Source of the DNA: Eledone cirrhosa
Taxonomy: Eukaryota
Assembly (NCBI GenBank): GCA_964016885.1
Contig: OZ024740.1
Coordinates: forward strand, 102,114,001-102,178,000
DNA: 64,000 bases
Reading direction: 5' to 3'
The position numbers and the translations under genes are program-made. Below, in pieces: positions 40,479-53,616 of the stretch (position 1 is its first letter; each line of letters begins with the position of its first letter). Below the pieces are notes generated by a model. It searched no databases. It was not told where the DNA came from and worked only from the letters and a program-made list of their open reading frames with translations.

Positions 40479-43370
40479 TGGAATTCTGTGACGCAAATAT
40501 CTGTAAACTATCTGTAACACAAACTTCAAAAAACGAGACAATCACTTGATCACCTATAGATCAAGGGAACACGCCAGTCAGATAGATTATATCCTTACCA
40601 GAAGACGAGACAGAGTGTCTGTTGTAAACACTAAATCTCTCCCCCATGAAGAATGCACCTCCCAACATAGCCTCATAGTTAGCGATCTCATAGGCAAGAC
40701 AAGACGTTTTCGACAACAGAGGAGGATTATCCTTAGGAGAAAAATATGGAAGTTAAAGGACCGCACAACCAGTAATAAATTTAAAAGCATATTATTTGAT
40801 GCTTTTGACAGTAAGGAAGAGTAATTAGAGTCGTACAATATAGAAGAACAGTGGGAAATTCCTGAAAGCTAACCTGCTGAAGGCGACAGATGAAATCTGT
40901 GGCTGGAGCAGACCTATAGGCAGGAGGAGAGTAACTTGATGGTGGAACAGTAAGGTGGAGGAGTCGATCAAGGCCAAAAAGCAGGCTTGGAAAGTATGGC
41001 GGGATGGGGGAAGTAGAGAAGACTATCAAGTGGCCAGGAGGGAAGCTAGGTGACAAGTGTACTTTGCAAGAAGGGAATCAGAGGAAAGAAAGTTCAAGCA
41101 TGTTCTACAATGCGAGGACCAAAAACGTGAGGTGTTCAGGATTGCTAGACAATGTGTCAAGGAGAACCGTGATATTGTTGGGGAGAAGTGTGTCCGTAAT
41201 GATGATGGTGTACTTGCCATCACTGACGCTGATAAGAAGGTAGCTTGGAAGTGTCACTACGAAAGGCTACTAAATGAGGAGAATAAATGGGAGAAAGACA
41301 GCCTCCCCCATATCGATCCAATAGAGGGACCAGCAGTGCAAGTTGAAGGTAGTATAATAAGTAAGGCAATCAAAGATATGAAGACGGGCAAGGCGGCTGG
41401 GACTTCGGAAATAGTTGCTGAAATGCTGAAAGCTTCTGGAACGGTGGGACACACTATGGTCACCCGGATAGTAAACCAAATTATACAGAATGGGGTTGTA
41501 CCAAAGGACTGGCGTAGCAGCAGCATCATTAACTGCTAAAAGGGTAAAGGAGACACCCTAGATAGGGGAAACTATAGAGGCATTAAATTAATTGACCAGG
41601 TCATGAAGGTCACAGAAAAAGTAATAGCGCAACTAATCAAAGAGTGAATTGATCTAGATGAAAAGCAGTTCGGGTTTGTGTCAGGTAAAAGTACAACAGA
41701 CGCTCTTTTCATTGTATGACAACTACAGGAGAAGTACCTAGCTAAAAGTAAACCCCTCTTCTTAGCTTTTGTAGACCTGGAGAAAGCCTTTGACAGAGTC
41801 CACGCTCCATTATCTGGTGGGCTCTTAGAAAACTAGGTGTAGATGAATGGCTTGTGAGAGCTATACAAGCCATGTAGAAAGAAACAGTCAGCAAGGTTAG
41901 AATTAACAACGAATATAGTGAAGAGTTTAGCGTAAAAGTTGGTGTTCATCAGGGTTCCGTCCTTAGCCCCCTCCTATTTATTATTGCCCTCCAGGCTATA
42001 ACTGAGGAGTTCAAGACCGGCTGCCCATGGGAACTCCTATATGCAGATGATCTAACGCTCATAGCCGAATCAATGGCTGAACTAGAGAAGAAATTCTAAA
42101 CATGGAAGCATGGTCTAGAATCAAAAGGCCTTAAAGTTAACTTGTCTAAGACTAAAGTCCTAATATGGAGGAAGGAGAATAGGGTACTGGTCCCATCTGG
42201 GAAATGGCCATGCTCAGTGTGTAGCAAAGGAGTAGGCAGAAACTCCATTTTATGTCCCAAATGCAAAGTATGGGTGCATAAAAGATGTAGTGGAATCACA
42301 GGTAAGCTAACTAAGAATATAGATTTTATATGTGGCCGGTGCTCTGGTGCAATAAGTAGCAACAAGTTCCCACAGAATACTAGCTCATTCCATTGCCCAG
42401 ATGGTTCTATAGAAAGAGTGGACACCTTCTGTCACCTGGGTAACAAAATCAGCAGTGGTGTTGGGTGCTCCGAAAGTACTGTAGCTAGAGTCCGAACGGG
42501 ATGGAAAAAATTCAGAGAGCTTATACCACTATTGGCCGCTAAAGGTTTCTCTTTAAAAATAAAAGGCGGGCTGTATGATGCCTGCATACGAACAGCGATG
42601 TTACATGGCAGTGAGACCTGGGCCTTGTGTGCAGAGGATCTACGCAGACTGGAGAGGAACGAAGCTTGCATGCTCCGTTGGATGTGTCATAGTAATATAC
42701 GTGAACGGTAAAGCATAAATGAACTAAGTGAGAAATTAGGAATAAGAGGAATCAGATGCTGTTTACTCGAGAGAAGACTACGTTGGTATGGTCACGTGAT
42801 GCGCATGAAAGATGACAGCTGTATAAAAAAGTGCAGGGCGATCAAAATAGACGGTAGCTACGGAGTAGGCAGACCCAGAAAAACCTGGTACGACTTGATA
42901 AAATCCGACCTCACACACTTACACCTCTCCAAGACAATGTCACTGGACCGAGATCTTTGTATTACTACCGACGTAGTAATACAGAAGACCCGCCTTGCCT
43001 AAGTACAAAGTGAAACCTACTGTCAGTAGGCACCTCTTAACCAAAATACACCCCCATCCCACTAACCCTACCCCCACCGCCATTTACACCACCCCTTTCG
43101 ATGTAAAGCTATGTTGTTACCACAACATCCAGTCCTAAATAAATGAGGTCGTGTAGGTTTCACGACAAAAAAACACACAGTCCACGCTGTAATGTGGCCG
43201 TTTAGGTAACACGGTAAAAACCTCCCAGTCCACACTGTAAACGTGGTTGGTGTTAGGAAGGGCATCCAGCCGTAGAAAACCCGCCAGACAGTCCTGAGCA
43301 AGACAACCAATCTTGCCTCAAGTGGGACAATTCCCATCCAGACCCATGTTAGCGTGGAAGATGGACGTTA
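40479..43370 (+). mobile_element. RTE-clade LINE copy 3 (EN C-terminus, RT, PHD, 3'UTR; multiple stops)
   Basis: Collinear with 18446-21285; several stops, some CGA>TGA; (gat)n tail missing; 5' end abuts (TA)n. Confidence 0.97.
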
Positions 43371-43720
43371 TGGGAAAGAAAAGGAGGGTGAAATGTGAAA
43401 GAAAGAGTAAAGAGGAACAGTGATGATGAGAGTAGTAATAAAGAGTGATGTAGGAGGGGCTGTATATCACCTCCTGCTACATGTTTATGACATAGAGAAT
43501 GTAATAGATTAGTGAGTGGGAGTAAAGCAGTAAAGGATGTAGTGGATAGTACAGTAGAGATTGAAGTAATGTGGAGTTATTAGGAACATATTAGTGTCTT
43601 GCTTGTACTAGAGAACAGGACATATCTAGTACCACATGTCATCAATCATCACACTCATTTGTCATCTCTATTGGGGATGGATAGATTTAGCTTCTTGAGA
43701 TCATTCTTCATTATTTCATC

Positions 43721-44048
43721 CCAGATGTCAGGTGAAGTGTGGTCGATGAAGTTCTCTGACAGCCAGGCTTGGTTCTTTCGGCTGGTATGGCAGGGCGCTG
43801 AGTCTTGCTGCCACACGTACGGCCTACCTGCAGCTACCTGGTCGATCCAGGGCTTTACTACCTCGCTCAGAACGCGGATGTAGCCATCGGTGTTCAGCTT
43901 GAGGCCCTCAGGGAAGAAGTGAGGTGGCATGACGTCACCTTGACTGCTGACGACACCTAAGACCAATGTTGTCGCTGGAAACTTTGTCTGCATGACTCTG
44001 GGCACGTCTTTGGATGAGACAGTGAGCCACCTGTTGTTCTGGGGGTTT
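43721..44048 (-). pseudogene. Tc1/mariner (maT/DD37D-like) transposase fragment
   Basis: NPQNNRW..PRVMQTKFPATTLVLGVVSSQGDVMPPHFFPEGLKLNTDGY..VKPWI..YVWQQDSAPCHTS..QAWLSENF..SPDIW; truncated before the third catalytic Asp. Confidence 0.88.
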
Positions 44049-45010
44049 CTGAAATTTCCTTATTTGTCCTCCCGAAGCAGATTCCGTTTTAGTTTGCTTG
44101 AAGCATTGTTGAATAGGAAACACAAATTTAAATAATTTTGAAAACCATACAATGCACTAGAAAATTAAAATTGCTAAGATAACAATAGAATCTTACCTTA
44201 GCAAATTTAATAATGCCGAATATTTTCTGGTTTAAAAATCCCTTATCAAGGAAGTATCCCTGTGAGAGACTTAAAGGATCGATCAGAGATGACTTGTTAG
44301 GAAGGCAGATTTAAGTTAAATGTAATGAAAATACGTTAAAATTTTGAGTGTGCCCGTGGTGAAATGTTTAGGAAAAAGTTTAGCATGAATGTAAGTGTGC
44401 TTAGTGGGATGTATGTATGTGTGTTCATGAATGTAAGTTTATGTAGTGAAAGGCGTGTGCGAATATGTATATAATAAAAAGGGAAAAATATGTGTGTGTG
44501 TGAGTCTAAGTGTGTATGCCTAGTGAGGACATAGATTTAATTTGAAAGAAAGAATGAAACGGGTCACTGGGATGTTAGAATACAGGCTTTTAAATTAACC
44601 ATTCTGGTGCACTTCTTTCTATTCGATTATTGATCCTAGGTTTTAATTGCTTGATCAAAAGAGCTTGCTTAATTCTTAGCATGCCTATACTGCATTTGGT
44701 AGCTAAGACTGTGGTGGTAATGCTGTCCCAGTTTCCACATTTGATGCAGTATGTGAAGAGCAGAGTAAATACTGAAAGTCCTGTGTATTTAACATTTCTA
44801 CCAAATCCACAACTCTGGATTGATACTTTATTTTATTAATACTAAAAAGATGAAAGGCAAAGTTAATCTCAGTGCAGAAAACTGAAACAAATACTACAAT
44901 ATATTATGTCCTGCTAATTCATGGCCCAATTACTAAAATCAGTAAAAGACTAAAAGAAAGAAGAAAAAATTAAGAACATACTTACCCATTTATTAGCATG
45001 TTTCTAGTAA

Positions 45011-45095
45011 AAGATACTGCCTATGATTTCTGAATATTTTCTTAAATATTCAGAAATCATAGGCAGTATCTTCTGAATATTTAAGAAAATATTCA
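45011..45095. repeat. Perfect 29-bp-arm hairpin plus re-inverted copy of its centre
   Basis: aagatactgcctatgatttctgaatattt-tctt-aaatattcagaaatcataggcagtatctt, followed by ctgaatatttaagaaaatattca. Confidence 0.93.
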
Positions 45096-48000
45096 AGAAT
45101 TCCAAAGGATTTAATTCATGTAACTAACTTTCCCATTATTAAGTTGATACTTGATATAACATTTAACAAAGGTTTGTAGATAAAATTATGATGGAAGGCT
45201 TTTAGATAATAAAAAAACACTTTGAAATAAATGGTTTTCTATCATAGAGCCCTGGGTGTTTTGGTATCAAAAAGGTTAATTTTTTTCCCCATGCTACTGT
45301 TACAGAATCAGCAAAGAAGCTGCTAGGTTTTCATGATACCATGTAAAAGTCAATGAAATAAAGTAGTTTATAGATGAATACAATGTAGACCTATTTCTTT
45401 TGTATGTAGTCCCTCCTTTTACCAATTTTTATTCTCCACTCAACTGTCAAGTTCAGCTGGAAGGGGGATGAAGAGGATAGAAAAGTGTCCCCTTTTATTA
45501 TCAGATTTTCATCTTCAATGTCTAAGAGAGGACCATATCCTCAGATCTTTACCTCTATCTGGTCTGTTTATTTTTGCCTGTCTATCAGTCTGCCAGTGCT
45601 CTCTTCCCCTTCTCCTATTCCAATCATCTTATCTATATTATTTATTGGCATTTGTTTTTGTTTTTTTTTGTTTTTTTTATGGTGAGGAGGAGGTTAAATT
45701 TGGCATGTTGTTTTAGTTGCAGGCTATCTCTTATTTAATCAAAAGTTAGTCTCATCATCATCATTATTACCTCTGCCTTTCCATGCTTGTTAGTATTTTT
45801 GTTTTTATGTAATCTATCAAGGGCTACATTATCTCAATGTACTTCTTTTTTAAAGACAGTATTGTGTGATATTGCTATTTCTAGCAGGTTGAGGGACCAC
45901 TTAGCAGCTCCTTCATTTGATTAAATATTATCAATGTATGTTTTGTCTGCATAACTGCAGGAATATAAAGGCATTAGAAAAAATATATATATAGGAAATA
46001 GAAGACTTGGTTGACAACTTGCTTGATTATTATTCTATAGTCACACTGGAATATATCCACCCTTTTCACAAATACATACACCAAAATCACTTTCTATTTG
46101 ATATAGACTAAGTGAAAGAAGCAGAGGTTAACAATTGAAATACAAACCAACCCCAAACCACCTCTAGTTTTGTGAAACAAAACCATCCATGTTAACAGGT
46201 TTCTATTTAAACTTAAAATTTCCACCAGAATTTGATATGAGAATCTTTTGATAAGTTAGATTTCAGATGCCTTCTTAATAATGAAATAATTAATAATTTT
46301 AGTAAATCTCGCCAAACTCTTCATTAATTAATTGAAATGCAATGCAAGGGTTACATTTTAATAAAACAAGTGAAACTGTGGGAATACCCCCAATTATTGT
46401 CTGTAAAAACACTGCAGTATTCAAAAAGAGTAGTCATCATCATTATCATCATTCAACTGCAGCTTTCATGAGCAATATTTTCATTTTTCTGATGATATTA
46501 TGGTGGCTGATTGCATTTTCACCTTGGTTTCAATAGCTTTCTCTGACGAGATAGTGCTGCATGTTGTTTGGGATTGTCCCCTCAGACATTTTCCCAGTGG
46601 CCTGGAGGCAATCCATAATACTACAATTGACACCTTAGTCTGGCTCACCATAAACATAACAATCCTTTTCAATAATGTTATAAATCTGGAAAGAAGTCTG
46701 GCTGTTGCACTATCATCCACACTTGCACTTTTTCCTGATAGTGGTAGTGGTGATAGGAGTAGGAGTGGAGGGGGAGGTCTATGCTGAAGACAACAACTGA
46801 CTAGTGTTTCAGTTAAGAGCCTTCATTAAACAAGAAACGAATGCATCTAGAATGCATATATGCAATAGATACTTCCTTTTGGATATGTGAATAATATTCT
46901 AGTTTAGAGCATATTTACATTTTATAATGGGTTAACAGCTGTTTAAAACTAAACATTTTTTTTGTGAAAACCGAAGCCCTTTTTCAAGTAGCTTTAGCTA
47001 TTTTTTTCTTAAACTCATAACTACAAGGCACAGTAATGACATATGGCATTTCTTGGGCATTTTTAAATCTGGCAAAGCCCAATGTCTCTCTGTGTTTGAA
47101 CACAGCCAATTTCTTCCAGAGAAAGGTAGAGAGTGAGAGAAAGGAAGTGAGAAAGAGATATAGAGGAAGAATCAACCCCAGTACTAGACTGGTACTTTTT
47201 TTATTGATCTTGAATGGATGAACAGGATTTGAACTCAGAGAGCCAGAACAAATAGCACAAAGCATTCTATCCAATGGTTTAATGACTCTGTCAATCTGCC
47301 ACCTTTAGCTGCTGTTTTAAGATTTTTTAAAATACCTGTGTGAATTTAAGGATTGTTTTATTTATATTTTTTAATATATTTACATTATTTTAATTTTATT
47401 TCTTTTAAGTTTTACTTGGGATTACTGTCTCCACTTTAAATATTACTGAAGAACAAATTATAAATGTAAATTAGAGATGACTTCCTTATCAAAGATGCAT
47501 ATATGTGTGACATGCTTCTGAAGTCACTGTGACATCACCTCAATGTTGAAATGTCATTATGTAATGAACATTATGGAATATATGCTATATAACAGTTCAT
47601 GAATAACCCAATTTAAAAATTGTTAAATATTAAGGATTACAGATTGTAAATTTAATTAATAATTCTCAGTTCCTAATTAAAACAAAAGATAAGTTTAAAA
47701 TTCCATTAGAGACACCCATGTCATGGCAAAAGGAATATGTACGATGCGGTTTTCTCAAAACACATTTGTTATTCAGGAAATTTCATGAATCTTAGAAGAA
47801 GTAGTTAAAACAAACTGAACTTAGGAGACTTAAATGAATTGAAAGATTCGGCTTTTATTACAATATTTAAATGATATTTATATATTTCCTCATTAAAAGA
47901 TAATTATATAAATTAGCTGTAAGATAAATGAAACTGAGAATGTTTCGCATCTATTTTTGTTTTGTTTTTTTCTTCTTCCCTATCAAGGAAAATAGTGTTT

Positions 48001-48524
48001 GCATGGTTATATAAATAATTTAATAATAAAATATCTACTTAATATACATCTTTAATTGAGCTAAAAGATATTTAGGCTTTTGGCAATTCATAAATTTATA
48101 ATTGTAACATCTTAATGAGAGGTATCTTAAGGAAATGCTGTATCTTATAATGATATATTCTTATTTCCCCATCTTAGAGTTTGTACAACTTTCATCAATT
48201 ACTAATTGAATTCCATCATCTTAATTTTTATAAAGATTATTTAAGTAATCAGTAAAACTTCTACTTAAAAGATCCAATGTCATGAGCTTCTACATGGTTG
48301 CTTGGATTGCTAAATATAGCAATCAGCTTTCACCTACATCATTCCCTATAGTCTTGAAAAAGTAAGGTTTGCTGAATCAGAGATGACCTAGGGATAAACA
48401 ATTATTTAACTGTTCGTATTTGTTGGAGCATCCCTAAAATGATGTCTTCTCTTCACCTGTTGTTAAACAATTATCACAGTTAATTTTCTCAACCTAAATT
48501 TCTGATTGTACTTAATATAATTTA

Positions 48525-48840
48525 ATCAGAAGACACAAAATGAATTGTAGTGGATGATGGGAATAGACATAGTGATGAATGTTGTGACGAGAAATGGAAT
48601 GAGATGGTTGGGTCCTATGTTGAGGAAGGATGAAAATGACTGGGTCAAAGGAATGAAAGAAATGAATGTGGAAGGAAGTAGAGGAAGGGGGAAACCAAGA
48701 AAATTATGTCTAAAATTGGAGGAGGAAATGAAAATCAATGAGAATGCTGACGATAACAAAAAATGGAGAAGGTTGTCATAAGACCCATCTGACCAGCTTT
48801 CCTGCTAAAGCAGGAAAGATGGTCATAAAATGCATGTTGT
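48525..48840 (+). pseudogene. Old RTE 3' fragment
   Basis: MRWLGPMLRKDENDWVKGMKEMNVEGSRGRGKPRK. Confidence 0.7.
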
Positions 48841-49366
48841 TGTTAGTCAGTGAAGTGATTCATATGCCTGATGCTCAGCTTGAACATTTGAAATTAAACA
48901 CCTACAGGAAAAACATGAGCCAGAAAGGACCACAGCAGATTTACTCTACATGTTTGCAAAGCAAGGAACTGCACTACAGATACTCAAAGACTAGTTCGAG
49001 GTGGTCTGTGACATCAACAATTAGTTATCTGTGGATTTAATACAAAGGGAATATGTGATTGGTTTACAGTTAATTTTCAATCTAAGAAAATGGAAAAGAA
49101 TCTCTCTATATATAAGATTTCATAATTCATGTACTTTTATCTTTTAACCACACTTCAGAACTTACTACCTACCACTACCTACTTATGCGTACTCATGCAT
49201 TATGCAACATTGACACCCAACACGTAAGGGTACTGGCATGAAGGTGCATATGAGCCTCTGCCTCCTACATGTGGTACTATATTGCACTCTTCTATCCCAA
49301 GTATAGAGTATTCTGCTGAATAATGGTCTTACTAGTGTAAAACTGGTATAATCCTGAACTCCCTCC

Positions 49367-49456
<90 letters not shown>

Positions 49457-49787
49457 ATAGACGCCCACATAGTTTTCATCTACAAAATTCTGCTCATAAG
49501 GCATTGGTTAACCCAAAACTACAATACAGTAGAAGATAGAAAGGCAGTTGTCAAAGTACCAAGCAGTAGGATTGAACTCAGAACTACAGTTATGAAGCAA
49601 AGTTTATAAACAGATGACTATGCCTTTGCCTAATCTTTATTATTTTTGACTAGCTACAAGTGAATGGAAACATGTGGTTGGTTAACTGTTTATGACTGTC
49701 AGGATAATTTTCCACTTAGTTTTCAATCAAGTATGCTAAGAAAAGAAAATCTCTCTTCCTCTCTCTCTCTCTCTATATATATATATA

Positions 49788-49839
<52 letters not shown>

Positions 49840-50050
49840 AAATTAAGATAAATCAAAGTGAATTTAATCTAAATCAAAATTATGGGTGTCATGCCACACT
49901 TGTAAAAATTATCCCCTGTGATTGTTTCATATGTTTATTTATATGTTAATCAATTTCTAGTTGTTATATATGGTTGGAAAATCACTGACGAAGGACTATT
50001 TTTATCATATGTAACCTATGTGCAACCACGCAGTATCCTTCTTTCTTCTC

Positions 50051-50104
<54 letters not shown>

Positions 50105-50190
50105 GGAAAATTTGAACAGGAACAAAACAGAGAGGCAGTACAACGAATGTTTATTAATTTCACGCTCTTGAGAGTGGGGTGGTGGTGGGG

Positions 50191-50225
50191 AACGACGTTT
50201 CGGGCATAAGCCCTTCTTCAGGTGA
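50191..50225 (-). ncRNA. Penelope-type minimal hammerhead ribozyme motif
   Basis: Minus strand reads cac-CTGAAGA-a-gggc-ttat-gccc-GAAAC-GTC-gtt: intact core, 4-bp stem II, palindromic ACGT stem III, GUC cleavage triplet; stem I is only 2 bp. Confidence 0.7.
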
Positions 50226-51378
50226 AAAGTGTGTGGGAAGAGAGTTCAAAGGGTGTGTAGGGGAGTGGTGGAGAGACATATAGCGAAAAGGGGGTGGGAG
50301 GAAACGGTGTGAATGAAATTAAAAATAAAAGCATGATCAAAATAAAATTAAAATGGGGTAAAACAGGTGGTGGAAGGGTGTGGGGCGTGTAGGGGTGGTG
50401 GCGGGTGGAGTGGGGAGAGGGAGACGGGGTGTCCGAGCGGGGAGGGCTGAAGGTGGTGTGTGTGTGTAGGTGTACGTGTGTGTGTGTGTATGTGAAAGCA
50501 AGGGTTGGGGGAAGAACGGGGTTGTATGTTCAGGAAGAGGTGTGTGTGGGGTGGGGTGTAGGTCGGAGTGTGTGTGCGTGTGTGGATAGAGGGGTGGAGG
50601 GAGAGGAATCCGGAGGCTGAATGTGTAAATATGTGGTGGAACGCACGTGTGTGTGGGGTTTAAGCGTGTTGTGGGTGTAGGTGGCGTGTGGGAAAAAAAA
50701 TTTTTTGGGGGTGTGTGTGTGGGTGAGTCAAAAAGGTGATTTCGTAAGAAGATGTGGTGGAATGGTTAGTAGAATCCTAGGATGGTAGTTGATTCCGCGG
50801 TCAAGGTCCACATACGAGTAATCCGTGAAGAGATTGGTCGGAAGAGGGGAGATGTGGGGTGCGCGCGCAACAGGAGGTGGTCAAGGCAGTAGGAGTGCTG
50901 TGTGTCTGTGTGTGCCGGGAGGTGGTCAGAGGGCATAGCAGCAGTAGGGTGGAATGGTAAAGGGGCGAGGAGGGGTAGGTGTGAAAGTTGGAGTGAGGAG
51001 GGTGTGTGTGTGTATTAGTAGAGGTGTTAGTGGGATGAGTGAGTGTTTGAGAAAGGGTGTGGGTGGAGCGGGGAGAGAAGGGTGTGGGGGTCGATGGAGG
51101 GAGTGTGGTGTACTGGTGTGTGTGTAGTTTGATGAAGGGGGTGTTAGTGGGTGTTAGTATACGGGAGGTGGAGAAAGGGTTGAATGCGGGCGTGAGTGGG
51201 GGTTAGTGGTGGTAGGGTGTGTAGAGTTGGTGGTGTAAGAGGGTGTGTGTGTACGTGTGCGTGGAGTGTGGGGGGGGGGGGGTTAGTGATGTTAGTTGCG
51301 TGTAGGGTGGGTGGTGTAAGTGGGTGCGTCCTTTACAATTAATTAGCTGAAGGAAAGAAACATTTCTGAGCCGTGAAA

Positions 51379-52103
51379 TACAAGTTATTATAAATTAATA
51401 TATGATAAACACATAAGTGTTTGTATTGTAAAAGACGAAGTTAGCTAGAATGAAATAAACTAATTCAAATAAATATAGTTTGCCTGTCTCGATTTAAAAT
51501 AATAAATCAATAAAAACAAACCCATATTGGCAATAACCGTGATACCTGGACAAATTTAAATTTCAAAATCCAAACCTGTTCCGCAGACAAATTTGAATTT
51601 CAAAACCCAAATAAGTTTCGCAACGATAGTATAAAAAAAGTGAAAGATTCCAATTTTCTGTGTTCATCAACAGGTATCCAGAAAAATTAGGATGTTTCAC
51701 CTCGAAATATTTTTGGAGGTCTGGTGCACAAGCGCAAACGCACGAGGTTTTCCAGCTCACTAGCTACCCCATACCCATGGCGCTAGAAATAACAGCCGTT
51801 TAAATGGGATTAAAAATTAGCTCAACAAAAGGAGCCGTAATATTATATTATATTTAGAGTTATAAACTCAAACAGTCCTTTACAATTAATTAGCTCAAAG
51901 AAAGAAGTTTGGATTTTGAAATTTAAATTTGTCCAGGTATCACGTTTATTGCCAATATGGGTTTGTTTTTATTGATTTATTATTTTAAATCGAGACAGGC
52001 AAATTATATTTATTTGAATTAGTTTATTTCATTCTAGCTAACTTCGTCTTTTACAATACAAACACTTATGTGTTTATCATATATTAATTTATATTAACTT
52101 GTA
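51379..52103. repeat. ~197-bp inverted repeats (51379-51575 / 51907-52103) with a ~330-bp spacer
   Basis: tacaagttattataaattaatatatgataaacac...ttcaaaatccaaac versus its reverse complement, with few mismatches. Confidence 0.93.
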
Positions 52104-52983
52104 TATATATATATATATAAAGATTTCATACTTCATGTACTTTTAACTTATGTTACAACAATTCAGATCCTCCTACCTGCCACTACCTATTTGGGAATAT
52201 TTTACTTGATTTAGTTGCATTCTTGACACATATCATATTTATTAATATTTTACTTTCTTTGGTTCAGTACTGAATTTTCTGTGAGACATCCCTAGTTGTA
52301 GCAAATACTAACATGGGAAAAATGGCTGCAAAAACATGATGATGTTCTTATTATCATCATCACCATTTAACATCCATTTTCCACACTAGCATGAATTAGA
52401 CGAGTTGCCTTATTATGGTACAAGCTATGTTTGATGACCATCAATTGCTCATACAGGGCTGATTTGGGTTTGGTTTCTTTAGCTGGATGCCCTTCCTAAT
52501 GCCAACCACATTTACAGTCTGTTCTGGGTGTTTTTTGTTGTGACACCTACACAACAACTTTACAGTGTGGGCTGGGGTCTTGGGTGGGAGGAGATTAGGG
52601 AGTTAGACCTAGGGAAATGTTAGTTAGACACATACACACACACAAACCCAAATCCAACAAGCTAACAAAGAAGACTTTACATGGTTGCTCAATATGCTAG
52701 AAACAGCAGGCATATCTCATTCATCCCCCATGCTGGAGGTGGTGTTGTGGTAGTGATGGTTGTAGCAGCTGTGGCTGTCATTGAGGTGGGTGGTTGAATT
52801 ACAAAATACTGTATGATATAAGAAACAAAACAAAGGGAAAAATACAGAAACATGAAGGCAGATGTGAATTTATGGAACTGAAGGCACAGGGTCATGGTCA
52901 TGTGTAAAATTATTAAATAATAATATTATATACATCATTATATATATATATATATATAATTGTACACACTAATATATATATAC

Positions 52984-53024
<41 letters not shown>

Positions 53025-53437
53025 CATACATGCATGTATATATATATATGTGTGTGTGTTTATATATATATACACACACATAACATACATACACACACAT
53101 ACATGTGTGTATGTATACTCTGATCTAGTTTTAGTAAGAATAGTTCAATTTAATTGTATTTTAACCTAGTTATAAAGAAAACATTAATCCAGAATATTGT
53201 TTTAGTCAAACAATGAAGTTGATACCACCCTTCCCATACAAACATATACACATTTATTCCCTATTATTGAGAATAATTAAGTCAGTGTTAACATATTTAA
53301 TGTAGAGGCAATTTAAAAACTAACTGGAAATAATGAGTCAGTGAGGTAAAACAATATTAGTCAATGGCTCATATTGTTTCATTTATTTCATAAAGTATAG
53401 GAGGAAACAACTCTAGACATGTTCAGGTATTATTATT

Positions 53438-53616
53438 GGCAGTATCGGTAGAGGGTCGGACGCCATGCTTTGCAGCAAAGAGTTACGGCCCTTTATGGTC
53501 TGAGTTCAAATCCCGTCGAGGTTAACTTTGCCTTTCATCCTTACGGGGTCGATAAAATAAAATACCAGTAATGCACTGCGTAATTGCTGGCCTTGTGCCT
53601 AAAGTAGAAACAATTA
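53438..53616 (+). mobile_element. Family-A SINE
   Basis: ggcagtatcggtagagggtcggacgcc...gagttcaaatccc...ggccttgtgcctaaagtagaaac; preceded by attatt. Confidence 0.9.
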
